Both the position numbers and the translations under genes were made by a program. A stretch of 63,903 nucleotides of DNA, the filler included, from Octopus bimaculoides (Eukaryota): the NCBI RefSeq assembly GCF_001194135.2. It is 5 parts of 5 records of this genome, joined end to end, with 100 filler letters (N's around TTAATTAATTAA, not from the genome) between each part and the next. Parts side by side here need not be neighbours in the genome. Positions count along the whole stretch, not along the records: positions 30,573 to 55,349 come from NC_068982.1; positions 55,450 to 62,700 come from NW_026323226.1; 3 more parts are not named here. The stretch is one strand, 5' to 3'. The number at the start of each line of letters is the position of its first letter. The first letter of the stretch is position 1. Shown one piece after another: positions 53,201 through 62,700 of the stretch. The notes under the pieces are model-generated. The model saw only the letters and a program-made list of their open reading frames with translations. It made no database searches and was not told the DNA's origin.

Positions 53201-54220
53201 CCGTAGATCTACATTGTACATTTTCTACCATTTCGATGTACTTTACGTTGTACGAGTGTCGTATTTCAGGTGCAGCCTTAACTAATACTGTGTACTATGT
53301 TTTAATGTCTTCGTTTAATGTGCTGAAAGACCCCTTTATAAGTCCCACCAACCTGTGGTTCTTTATATATTTTCTCTGGAGTTTAGGGAGAACTTGACGT
53401 AGGAAATGAATAGCGACCATTCCAGTTGTGTTTGGAATTCAATGTCTCTAACCTTAGTTCAATTCGATGAGGGGCGACCTTGGGGCTAAACAATAATGCC
53501 GGAATGTGACAGACTTCCCTTTAAGTCAAATATGTAAGACATAACTAAACATAATAGATATTTCGCTGACCTCAACATAAACCTGTCCACGTAAGTTAAA
53601 GAAAAACAAATCAATTGATCAATACATATAGAGAAAGAAAGAAAAAAACTTATAAAATTGATTTTTCGGTGCTTTTAGGTAGTAAATCGTTACAAGTTGG
53701 ACGTATTTCTTATTGCATTTTTTGCCTTGCTGTGTTTTTTTTTTTAAATATACATAATGAAATTAATATTTCGGGTACGATAAGAGAACGAATTATAACA
53801 GTATGAGGCGACGAATAAAGAAATGGTGGGAAGTAGCATCAAAATTATTATTAACCAAGCAAAACAGTTAGTTGAAATAACTAAATCTACTACAGGGATC
53901 ACACACAAATTAGAGTCGAGCAGAAAGGAGAGTGTATAACATATATATATATATATATGTACATAAATGTATGTAAAATCTAAGGAGGCAATATCAACAC
54001 ACACCGACTGAATGACGAGAAACTCACACACACCCTAGTTAAAGTCTTCGCGTATCGCAATCCTATTCTCTGCGACAACGAAGAAAGACGTGTCCAGGAA
54101 AGCATATTTGAGTTTTGCTAAATTAGTAAGAAGTGTAAAAGTTTACATAATCCTGCATGCCTTTTTCTCTCCGGAAACTTTCAACTCCTCCATCGGTTTC
54201 GTCAGCACTTCGTCAGCCAT
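31544..54220 (-). CDS. TARS1: Threonyl-tRNA synthetase (eukaryotic cytosolic-type ThrRS), 5' half only; 10 coding exons, 1056 nt = 352 codons
   Basis: Exons assembled by hand with AG/GT boundaries (first donor GC). Phases chain without a break and give the TGS domain (TLPDGK...[23 protein letters not shown]), editing domain ([33 protein letters not shown]) and start of the catalytic core ([30 protein letters not shown]). These match human TARS1 as I recall it. Confidence 0.97.
32951..33335 (-). mobile_element. SINE-C
   Basis: Same family; TSD CCCCACCCATGTT. Confidence 0.9.
33407..33553 (-). CDS. TARS1: ThrRS exon 9 [49 protein letters not shown]
   Basis: ctgtag acceptor, CGG/GTAAGT donor, 147 nt, phase 0-0. 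Confidence 0.97.
33762..33976. repeat. Degenerate 21-24 bp minisatellite (CATGTAGCTTTATAGTTATGATAA-like)
   Basis: About ten imperfect units in ThrRS intron 8. Confidence 0.85.
34247..34325 (-). CDS. TARS1: ThrRS exon 8 (R)[26 protein letters not shown]
   Basis: gaccag acceptor, AAG/GTAATT donor, 79 nt, phase 2-0. Contains the DLCRGPH editing motif. Confidence 0.97.
35873..35937 (-). CDS. TARS1: ThrRS exon 7 [21 protein letters not shown](R)
   Basis: ctttag acceptor, CG/GTAAGT donor, 65 nt, phase 0-2. Confidence 0.96.
36320..36437 (-). CDS. TARS1: ThrRS exon 6 (G)[39 protein letters not shown]
   Basis: cttcag acceptor, AAG/GTATTT donor, 118 nt, phase 2-0. Confidence 0.96.
36640..37170 (-). 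pseudogene. RTE-clade LINE ORF 3' fragment, degenerate
   Basis: LKLRLINCY...[11 protein letters not shown]...RLSW...SVEGKRPRG. Confidence 0.7.
37638..37767 (-). CDS. TARS1: ThrRS exon 5 (G)[42 protein letters not shown](G)
   Basis: ttctag acceptor, GG/GTATGT donor, 130 nt, phase 1-2. Contains the editing-domain HxxxH motif. Confidence 0.97.
38400..38690 (-). mobile_element. RTE 3' UTR copy
   Basis: Same family, with (CAT)n at the left end on the plus strand. Confidence 0.85.
38706..38934. mobile_element. piggyBac-type MITE
   Basis: TTAA-CCCTTTAGCA ... TGTTAAAGGG-TTAA. Confidence 0.8.
38986..39101 (-). CDS. TARS1: ThrRS exon 4 (S)[38 protein letters not shown](G)
   Basis: tttcag acceptor, G/GTAAAA donor, 116 nt, phase 2-1. 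Confidence 0.97.
40699..40789 (-). ncRNA. Type I minimal hammerhead ribozyme motif, sense within ThrRS intron 3
   Basis: Minus strand reads TATTTC-C-CTGAAGA-GAAGATTACA-[39 nt]-TGTAATCTTC-GAAAC-ATAT-GTT-GAAATA. Intact CUGANGA and GAAA cores, perfect 10-bp stem II, 6-bp stem I with one extra C, palindromic stem III loop. Confidence 0.75.
41523..41776 (+). mobile_element. RTE 3' UTR copy
   Basis: Same family, (GAT)n tail, emerges from the N gap. Confidence 0.85.
41991..42172 (-). CDS. TARS1: ThrRS exon 3 [15 protein letters not shown]...[12 protein letters not shown](S)
   Basis: tttcag acceptor, AG/GTAAGG donor, 182 nt, phase 0-2. Start of the TGS domain. Confidence 0.97.
42407..42792 (+). mobile_element. 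SINE-C
   Basis: Same family; TSD CAAAAGGGTAAGT. Confidence 0.9.
43185..43415 (+). mobile_element. Penelope-like fragment P2 nested in the central microsatellite of a SINE-A copy
   Basis: TCTCTGATGAAGGGATA...TGTCCTGAAA at 43329-43374. Splits a minus-strand SINE-A into two halves. Confidence 0.45.
43804..43863 (-). CDS. TARS1: ThrRS exon 2 [20 protein letters not shown]
   Basis: Long poly-T tract plus CAG acceptor, GAG/GTAAAC donor, 60 nt, phase 0-0. Lys-rich linker that joins exon 3 in frame. Confidence 0.85.
46316..46554 (-). mobile_element. RTE 3' UTR copy
   Basis: Nearly identical to the reverse complement of 50770-51010; runs into the N gap. Confidence 0.85.
49280..49669 (-). mobile_element. 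SINE-C
   Basis: Same family; TSD GATCAGTGA(T/C)AAT. Confidence 0.9.
49786..50008. mobile_element. piggyBac-type MITE, same family, reverse orientation
   Basis: Reverse complement of the 38706 family; right end degenerate. Confidence 0.6.
50484..51022 (+). mobile_element. 5'-truncated young RTE LINE (ORF C-terminus, repetitive 3' UTR, (GAT)n tail)
   Basis: [49 protein letters not shown] (stop 50631-50633). The GATCGTTGCCAGTGCCCCTGGACTGG unit is duplicated in the UTR. Confidence 0.85.
51705..52775 (+). mobile_element. Degenerate Merlin (IS1595/ISXO2-like) DNA transposon
   Basis: ORF remnant [12 protein letters not shown]...[24 protein letters not shown]. Inverted ACTGCAGTTT near both ends and inverted CCTAGGTTTTAGATG subterminal copies. 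Confidence 0.7.
54028..54105 (-). CDS. TARS1: ThrRS alternative exon 1b, putative mitochondrial targeting peptide [26 protein letters not shown]
   Basis: ATG at 54105-54103. 26 codons with 4 R + 1 K, no D/E, rich in S/T/L. Ends in phase 0 at a consensus GTGAGT donor (54027-54022), in frame with exon 2. Confidence 0.78.
54161..54220 (-). CDS. TARS1: ThrRS exon 1a (cytosolic-type start) [20 protein letters not shown]
   Basis: ATG at 54220-54218 in good context (caacATGG). 20 codons, acidic/Lys-rich. Phase-0 junction at AAG/GCATGC (GC donor). Confidence 0.75.
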
Positions 54221-54238
54221 GTTGTTACAAAGTACTAA

Positions 54239-54257
54239 TGCGCATGCGCTACCGGAA
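54239..54257. promoter_or_regulatory. ThrRS proximal promoter: NRF-1-type palindrome TGCGCATGCGC plus adjacent ETS-like ACCGGAA
   Basis: GCGCATGCGC at 54240-54249, about 20 bp upstream of the exon 1a ATG; ACCGGAA at 54251-54257. Motif match only. Confidence 0.6.
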
Positions 54258-54773
54258 CACTAGTTACTTGTAATATCAGTTAATAAAAAAATTAATCTGT
54301 GTAATAAACTGTATTAATTGCATCAGATTTACCTATTTTTAACCAAGTCGTCAATAAATAAGTAAAAATAAAAACAAACGCATTTACAGTTTTATAGGTT
54401 TTCAAGAACAATCTATTAAATAAGTATCAAGCTTTTAATATATGTTGTATTTAGTTGCTTGAGGTGAGTGCAAAACCTTTCATACTCAGAACATTAAATT
54501 GAAGTACAAATAATGTACAGCGAGGGGAAAACACGGAATTCATAAAATATTACATTCAAAGAAAAGCATAACAAATTAATAAAACGTATATGTAGTTCTT
54601 TTTCCTTCAGCTAGCACGGGAGAGAACTCTGAGCATATTTCGGTTTTATTCTGACTTCCTCGACACAGCAATGGCTTTTCCGTACTTACCAAAATAATGT
54701 AAAGAAACCACAAAATAAATGTACTTGATTGTACACTTTTTTTGTGTAGGAAAATAGAATTGATTAATAAAGT

Positions 54774-55349
54774 TGTGGTATTATGGGCTGTGATGAGCTG
54801 TGTGTTGTGGTGGAGAGGGGTGAGGCAAACAGAGGTGAAGCCAGACCGGAAGGGTCAGATCGGAAGTCGGCGACACGCGGTCGAAGGCTAGCACGTGGAG
54901 TCAGTCAGAAAACAGCGACGTTACGAGAAAGACGTGTTCTGATCAGGAGCGATCGTGTACTCCGCTGCGGTCGGCAAGGTAAGGTCCAACGTTTCATTCT
55001 GTCCTTTTGCTTCTTCCTCCATCTCACCCATAAGACAAAAAATTATGAGTGTAGTCCGGATTTCTAGTGATATAATTAAACCGTTTTGCGGCGACACGGA
55101 CGTGGTCGCATGGCTAAAGAAGATGAAGCTGGTCGCGAAACTCCAAGGGATATGCGACTTGGCAAGTTTTCTACCGCTCTACTTGGATGGTCCGGCGTTG
55201 GCGCTATTTTTAGAGATGGAAGAGAGGGACCAAGTTAGCGCGGAGAAAATAGAAATCCGCTTGATGGAGGCCTTCGCAGAAGGAATGTTTGAGGCGTACG
55301 CTCGCCTGGGGAGAGCGAAGTGGACCGGCGAACATGTTGACGTGTTTGC
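54774..55349 (+). mobile_element. LTR (54774-55037) plus gag-like ORF start (ATG 55045), truncated by the assembly spacer
   Basis: Segment bounded by TGT..TTATGGG / CCCATAA..ACA. Uninterrupted ORF MSVVRISSDIIKPFCGDTDVVAWLKK...PLYLDGPALALF...YARL resembles a retrotransposon gag. GC-rich with CpGs intact. Confidence 0.7.
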
Positions 55350-55449
55350 NNNNNNNNNNNNNNNNNNNNNNNNNNNNNNNNNNNNNNNNNNNNTTAATTA
55401 ATTAANNNNNNNNNNNNNNNNNNNNNNNNNNNNNNNNNNNNNNNNNNNN
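55350..55449. other. Artificial assembly spacer
   Basis: Identical structure. Confidence 0.95.
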
Positions 55450-55607
55450 ATATATATATATATATATATATACACAGACATTTCAATACACACACATACA
55501 CACACAATTTAATGATTTAATAAAAGCTAAGAAAAGAATTGGTAATTACAATAACTTAAAAGCTTCATGTTTCGGATCGTCAAATGGTAATGAAAGAAAC
55601 TGGATAT

Positions 55608-55656
<49 letters not shown>

Positions 55657-55770
55657 GTAAATGTAGGTGTGGCAGGAAAAGTAGGAGTGTTTTAGAGTAA
55701 CAAGAGGGGAGAGGCAAGTGAGTGTTGGGAAAAAAATGATTTAAATGACGAAGGGTAATGGAAGCTATAT

Positions 55771-55999
55771 TTAATCCATTAACATTTAGATTACTTTGTT
55801 AAATTTAATGCTTATTTATTCACATTGTTTTGAATTAACCATGCATTATCTCTATAGCTTTGAGGTTTCTATCATGGGGTTGGTTACTTTTAGCTTGACA
55901 TTGTAGGATAGGTGTGAGAGACTGTAGTTGGCCAGTTGGAACATAAAACAAACAGAATATTTTGACCGGATAAAGCTGGTTTGAATGTTAAAGGGTTAA
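55771..55999. mobile_element. piggyBac-type MITE, same family
   Basis: TTAA-flanked, colinear with 38706-38934. Confidence 0.7.
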
Positions 56000-57483
56000 T
56001 GAGGAAGAAATTGGTCAGTAATTGGTTCCGTTCTTATGTACAGATCCACACACACACATGTATATGTGGGTTTGTGGACTGGCTGAAGAAGTCACTTTGC
56101 AATGATGAGGAAGTGGGTTCTAATCTTCAGAGTAGTGTTTTGTGAATGAAGCTAGGTTGACAGAAAGAGCAAGAAATCCCTTGGTCAGTCTCTACATCAT
56201 TATCATCATCATCTTTTAATGTCTGTTTTCCATACTGGATGGTTTGACCTGACAAGCCAGAGAGGTTTGAGTCTGATTTGGCTTGGTTTCTAATAGCTGG
56301 GCGCCCTTTCCAATGCCAACCACTGTACAGAGTGTTCTGGGTGCTTTTAACATGGCACTGACCGGCATGAGCTCTTTTACATGGCATTTATTTCAAATTG
56401 CTGAGCTTACTTACCACACACTTTTGTGCTAATTCTGCCTGAGCATTGCATTAAGGGCATAAGAGTGGCACAAGTGTTTTAGGAATACTCAGCCACTTAC
56501 ATATGAGTGGGTGTGTACAGAAAGAAGGAAGTCGAAATAGAAATGTAATTATATAATTATAAGGCCCACCCACAACAGAATTGAGATCCTAATATGAAGG
56601 TGCAATGTAAAAATCATTGTCAGGGGTGCTGGTGCCAATTAAAAAGCATTGGTGGCACATAAAAAGCACCCAGTACCCTTTGTAAAGTGGTTGGTATTAG
56701 GAAAGGCATCCAGCTGTAAAAACCAAATTAGAAGAGACCATGAAGCCTGATGTGGCCCTGGCCTTGCCAGTTCCTGTCAAGCCAGAGAAGAAGACAAACA
56801 GACAGAGAGGAAGACAGACAGACAGGTAGGTAGACAGACTGACAGGCAGATTGATAGATAGAAGATAAACAGTAAATGTGAATCTTTCTTATCTTCAGAA
56901 GCTGTGAAAACAAATCAAGGAATGTTATTTGATGTGCTGGACAAAGCAGCAAAATATCTTCCTTGAAACACACACATGCACACAAAACCAAGGCCGGTTA
57001 AGCTGATAAAAAAATGTTTGGGTGTTATATAAAAGAAAACCAAACATTAATGAAATAATAGGGAAAAGAGATTTTTTTTTCTCTTTATCTAAAATCGACT
57101 GAAAATGAATGACAAATTGAAATTCTGCTGTGAAAGACTGCATCTGATATTTGTTGGTTTGGTTGTCTGTGAAGAAATTATGTATTGACCAAAATTGGAA
57201 ATTTATTAATGAAATTCTGATATCGTCAAAATACGATAAATGTAAAAAAGAAAAGGAAAAGAAAAAAAATTATGAAAATAATGATAAGAAACAGAATATT
57301 TTTATCATAATATTGTAGATTTATTGGCAATGTTGTCTGTGGATGGTAATCGCTTGTATAAATGAATGTTCTATACTTTGGTCTTAAATGACGTCAACTT
57401 CTAGTAAAGTAATATTGTGATGTGATTGTCCCCCCAGGTTTCTGTCAACTTCTGTACATGTGATGCACAAAAAGCAAGCAAAT

Positions 57484-57651
57484 AGGTGTAGGAGTGGCTG
57501 TGTGGTAAGTAGCTTGCTTACAAACCACATGGTTCTAGGTTCATTCCACTGTGTGGCACCTTGGGCAAGTGTCTACTATAGTCTCAGGCCGACCAAAGCC
57601 TTGTGAGTGGAATTGGTAGATGGAAACTTAAAAAAGCCCGTCGTATATATA

Positions 57652-57684
<33 letters not shown>

Positions 57685-58360
57685 TTGAGTGTGTGTGTGT
57701 GTGTATGTTTGTGTGTCTGTGTTTGTCCCCCCAACATCGCTTGACAACCGATGCTGGTGTGTTTACGTCCCCGTCACTTAGCAGTTCCGCAAAAGAGGCC
57801 GATAGAATAAGTACTAGGCTTACAAAGAATAAGTCCTGGGGTCGATTTGCTCGATTAAAGGCGGTGCTCCAGCATGGCCACAGTCAAATGACTGAAACAA
57901 GGAGTAAAAAAGAGATAAGACAGCAACCAATGTTTATATATTAAGTTATACATATATAGATGCAGGCATGGCTGTGTGGTAAGAAGCTTGCTTCCCAACC
58001 ACGTGGTTCCGGGTTCAGTCCCAGTGTGGCACCTTGGGCAAGTGTCTTCTACTATAACTTCAAGCCAAAGCCTTGAGAGTGGCTTTGGTAGATAGAAGCG
58101 AAAGGAAGTCTGTTGTGTATTTGTATGTATATTTGTGTTTGTTTGTCCCCCACATACACCACCACCATCACCTGACAACTGATATTGGTGTGTTTATGTC
58201 CCTGGAACTTAGCAGTTTGGCAAAAAAGACCGTTATAATAAGTACTAGGCTTACAAAGAATGAGTCTTGTGGCTGATTGCTTTGACTAAAAACCCTTTAA
58301 GGCAGTGCTCCAGCATGGCAACAGTCAAAATGACTGAAACAAGTAAAAGAATAAAAGAAT
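57484..58360 (+). mobile_element. Two tandem SINE-A copies (tRNA-like head, internal TA/TG microsatellite)
   Basis: GGCTGTGTGGTAAG..GCTTGC head with A/B-box-like motifs; tail GACTGAAACAAGTAAAAGAATA. Other copies or halves near 52, 1880, 2885, 4270, 7277, 18765, 28085, 30170, 32660, 41800, 42950-43560, 47640-48090, 48570, 63150. Confidence 0.85.
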
Positions 58361-58783
58361 ATATATTTCTTATTCATATCCAAAAATGTTGTTGACAGTA
58401 ACTTTGAAGTTTCAGGCATTTGACAATGGCTTAGCCTGCTGAAACTTTGAAGTCACTGTCAGCAACATTCTTGTATAAGAGTAATAAATTTGTACTCTAC
58501 AAAAGTACAGAGTAACCCATAAGATTAATGTAAAATTGTTTTTATCATAATTGAACTGGTAGAATTGTTAGCATGCTAGGCAAAATACTTCTGCCACTAC
58601 GTCCTGTGTTCAAATTCTGCTGAGGTCGACTTTGCCTTTCATCCTTTCGGGGTCGAAAAATTAAATACCAGTGAAACACTTGGATTGATGTAACTGACTA
58701 ATTCCCCCTCCCAAAATTTCAGGCCTTGTGCCTGTAGTTGGTAGAAAGGATTACAACCGAGCATGAAAACAATCATTAATATA

Positions 58784-58814
<31 letters not shown>

Positions 58815-58835
58815 TGCGTGCGTAAAATAGGTATT

Positions 58836-59228
58836 TTTTTCTTTTATTTTTTTACTTGTTTCAATCATTTGACTGCGGTCATGTTGGGGCACCACCTTTA
58901 GTCGAACAAATCGACCTCGGAACTTGTTCTTTGTAAGCGTAGTACTTATTCTATCAGGCTCTTTTGCTGAACCGCTAGGTTACGGGGACTTAAACACATC
59001 AACATCAGTTATCAAGCTATGGTGGGGCGGGGACTAACACACACACACACACACACACATTTATAACTGGCTTCCTTCAGTTTCCATCTACCTAATCCAC
59101 TCACAAGGCTTTGGTCTGCCATAGACTATAGTAGAAGACACTTGCCCAAGGTGTCACACAGTGGAACTGAACCCGGAACCATGTGGTTGGGAAGGAAGCT
59201 TCTTACCATGCAGCCATGCCTGCGCCTA
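58836..59228 (-). mobile_element. SINE-A, full length
   Basis: Reverse complement of the 57484 family. Confidence 0.85.
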
Positions 59229-59244
59229 GGTATATGTATATAAT

Positions 59245-59550
59245 AATGTGAAGGTGCATGGCCAAGTGGTTGAGGTGTTGCACTCATGAACGCAAGATCA
59301 TGGTTTCAATACCAAGACCAGGTGGTATGTTGCATTCTTGATCAAAACACTTCTTTTCACGTTGCCCCAGTTCATTCAGCTGTAAATGGGTAACCCAGTG
59401 ATGGACTGGCATCTCATTCAAGAGCAATGTTGGCCTGCACATCTAGCCAGCAAAGTGGTATCATTTGAAAGCTGCATCAATACAAGGAAGCGCATTGTGA
59501 CCAGTGATGTATAAAAATGTGATATAATCTGGTCGATACAGTTATATAAT
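59245..59550 (+). mobile_element. CORE-like tRNA SINE
   Basis: tRNA-like head followed by TTGCCCCAGTTCATTCAGCTGTAAATGGG. Related pieces near 39655 and 44050-44250. Confidence 0.55.
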
Positions 59551-60322
59551 AATAGCTGATATAAATGTTGTTTAGTCGGTTAGTTGAGGTCTCCAGTCAA
59601 GCTTTACATTGTATATAGAAAGAGTAAACAAGAGATACAGAGAGGGTCGACATAAGTGGTGCAAGATGAGTGCACATGCTTGGCTTGGAGGCAGGCAATG
59701 AGTAGAGGGATGTTATACTCAAAGTAAAGAAGGGGTAAATGATAGAGTAATTGTGAGAGAAATTGCACAAATGAGAAATTTGCTTTAATTTTAAGGAACC
59801 TCTTTTTTGTTTTTTGAAAAATTGTATTCCTTTCAGTATTGCTTATGGCTACTTCAATGTGGCTGTCCTCTAAGAGGAGGATGATACTGCCAATTAACCT
59901 TAGGAAGCAATCTCCAGCAAGTTTATTCAATGTGCTTCTTGCACCCGATATTTATTGCAAACGGGAGGTAACTTCTGCCACCCTAACTTCAAGACCACCA
60001 GATAACGTGGTTTCGATCTGTATTGACTCTCCTCAGTGGTGAGTACTCATTACCAGGCATGGCAGCAGTTTACCTCACTTGCAATATATAGAAAACACAG
60101 GGTCATCCAATCACTGATTTTGTAACTAGGAAACTAGTCCGTTAAATTTATAAATATATATAGTAGCGTGTATGTGTGTGCATACATACATTTATATGAT
60201 TAGTATGCATATCTATATATGTACACCACATACACACACGCCCATATGTACTTATATTTATATCAGTATCCATATTTATCAGTTTATTTATTGATCTATC
60301 CATATATTATATATATATACAC

Positions 60323-60353
<31 letters not shown>

Positions 60354-60777
60354 ACCTATATAGAAAAAATCAATCTAGCTTTATACATGTAAAATAAACT
60401 ATAGATACATGCATAAACTATATAAATACAAACCATTAAGCTTTATATCTATACACACACACACATATATATATATAAATGTATATACCTTAGTTGTAAG
60501 ATCAATGATAAAAAAAATACAAAAAAGAAACCAATGTTGAATAGAGAACAGAATGGTTTTATTCAACATCTTTAAAAAAATCAGTCAATATGTTATGACT
60601 ATCGTTTCATCAGAAAAGAACTAAAAGGAATAAGTTATTTTGCTTGTAATTTATCATTTATTAACAATAAAACATATCTTTATTTTAGTTTTCTCTTCTG
60701 AGACAAAAGCGGAAAAATACTGGACAATTATACACACACACACACACACACATATATATATTATACAGAGAGAAACA

Positions 60778-61646
60778 TACAAGGTGATTTCCAGACGTTT
60801 TAAGACTTTTTTGGGGGGAGAAGTGGTTATATGTCTTAGATTATTGTAATTTTAGTACATCATTACAATACATCTGATAAGTTGGCCTGCTAACTTTTGT
60901 TATTCCAGACTGAAGGATATGGCTGTAATAAGCACTTTAAACACACTCTACTAAGCACTGCTTGTCACAGCTGACTAGTTTACAGAATGCAGTCAGGCTG
61001 TGAAAACAATTTGGAAGCTTGCTATGCAATAAAGTTTTGTGTTAAACTGGGCAAAAACGTAACAGAAACTTATGAAATGCCAAAGACTGCTTAAGGATTA
61101 ACTTGTATGAGCTGAGCCAGTTTTTCGCTGGCACAAGTGGCCAAGTAAAGCAAGATCATTAGGAAGTACATGATAATCACTTTTTCCAATAACAAAGGCA
61201 TCATCTACATCCACTGGTTTCTTTCTGGTCAGATGGTTAACAAAGTGTACTTTGTGGAGGTTTTGAGGGAATTCGGGAAGAGATTTTGTCACAAAATGTT
61301 AGAGCACCTGCACCAGGGCAAAGCACCAGTCCGCAGTTTCATCCTAGTAGCCAACTACTTGACAGAGATGGGTATCAAAACTGATCCTCACCCTCCCTAC
61401 AATTCAAACCTTGCTACCTGTGACTTTTGGTTGTTCCCCAAACTGAAAGAGGCAATGACAAGGGTCTTGGACACCTTCACTTTGGAGAGCTTCTATGGAG
61501 GATTCATGAAGTGGCTGGAATGCTACTGTAATTGCATTTAAGTCAGAAGATCCTCCTTTGAAGGAGATTAGAGTTTTGTCCTTCTTTGAAATTAATAAAT
61601 GTCTTGCCTGAAATAGTCTGAAAACTTCTAGAATGAAGCCTCTGTA
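60778..61646 (+). mobile_element. Internally deleted mariner (DD34D-type) element
   Basis: KFCVKLGK..TETYEM, GIIYIHW, VNKVYFVEVL, PHPPYNSNLATCDFWLFPKLK. Imperfect TIRs with TA at both ends. Confidence 0.8.
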
Positions 61647-61809
61647 TGTATGTTATTATTCAAGTTTATTTCAGGATTTCTTGCCAATAGAGAAAGTGCC
61701 TGTTTCAAGGCTCCTTCATTGAAATTTCAACTGGGTATTTTTGTAGTCAATTTGTTCAACTAAACCCTTCAAGGCAGAGCTCCAGTATGGCCACAGTCCA
61801 ATGGACAAA

Positions 61810-62455
61810 ATCCTTGACATTTTGCTTGTCTTTACATTCTGAGTTCAAATTCCGCCAAGGTTGGTGTTGCCTTTTATCCTTTCAGGGCCAATGAAATGAG
61901 TACCAGTCACTGGGGTTGATGTTATCAACTTACCCCATCCACTCGAATTGCTGGCCTTGAGCCTAAATCTGAAATGATTATTATTACTATTATTATTATT
62001 ATAAAGACGGCCAGTTTGCAGAATCGTTTGCACTCCAGGTGAAATATTTAGTGGTATTTTGTCTGCCGCTATGCTCTGAGTTCAAATTCTGCTGAGGTCA
62101 ACTTTGCCTTTCATCCTTTCGGGGTTGATAAATTAAGTACCAACTGAACACTGGGGTTGATGTAACTGACTCATCCTCTCCACCAAAATTGCTGCCCTTG
62201 TGGCAAAATTTGAAACCATTTTTATCATTATTATTAAGGCAACGAGCTGGCAGAATTGTTAGCACGCTCAACGAAATGCTTAGCAGTATTTCGTCTGCCG
62301 CTACGTTCTGAGTTCAAATTCTGCTGAGGTCAACTTTGCCTTTCATCCTTTCGGGAGTCGATAAATCAAGTACCAATTCAACACTTGGGTCAATGTAATT
62401 GACTCAGTTCCTTGCCCGAAATTACTGCCGTTGTGTCAAAATTTGAAACCATTAT
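61810..62455 (+). mobile_element. Three tandem SINE-B copies separated by (ATT)n tails
   Basis: CTGAGTTCAAATTC(C/T)GC.GAGGTC.ACTTTGCCTTTCATCCTTTCGGGG core. Other copies near 1321, 9400, 10340, 13702, 20450, 26400, 37808, 45216, 48997, 58555. Confidence 0.85.
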
Positions 62456-62662
62456 TATCATTATTGAGGGTGGTGAGTATGCAGAATTGTTGGAGCATTG
62501 AATACAATGCTGTTAGTTTCTATGAGGAGGAGACTTCTAACTGGTTTATATCTCAGCCATTGTTGAAATGCCATGAATAGAGTAACAAAATATGTGAAAA
62601 GGAAACCAGGAAGGAGTGCAAAGGGTAAAGAATATACACAACAGGAAAATTTGTTGTCATTC

Positions 62663-62699
<37 letters not shown>

Positions 62700-62700
62700 A

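Noticed and set aside
54145-54147. GT donor AT/GTAAAC as the exon 1a donor
   Set aside because: Phase 2; joining to exon 2 shifts the frame and stops at the start of exon 3. It would need an unseen intervening exon.
59604-60042. 108-aa and 67-aa ORFs
   Set aside because: No recognisable domain or splice signals; likely a decayed repeat.
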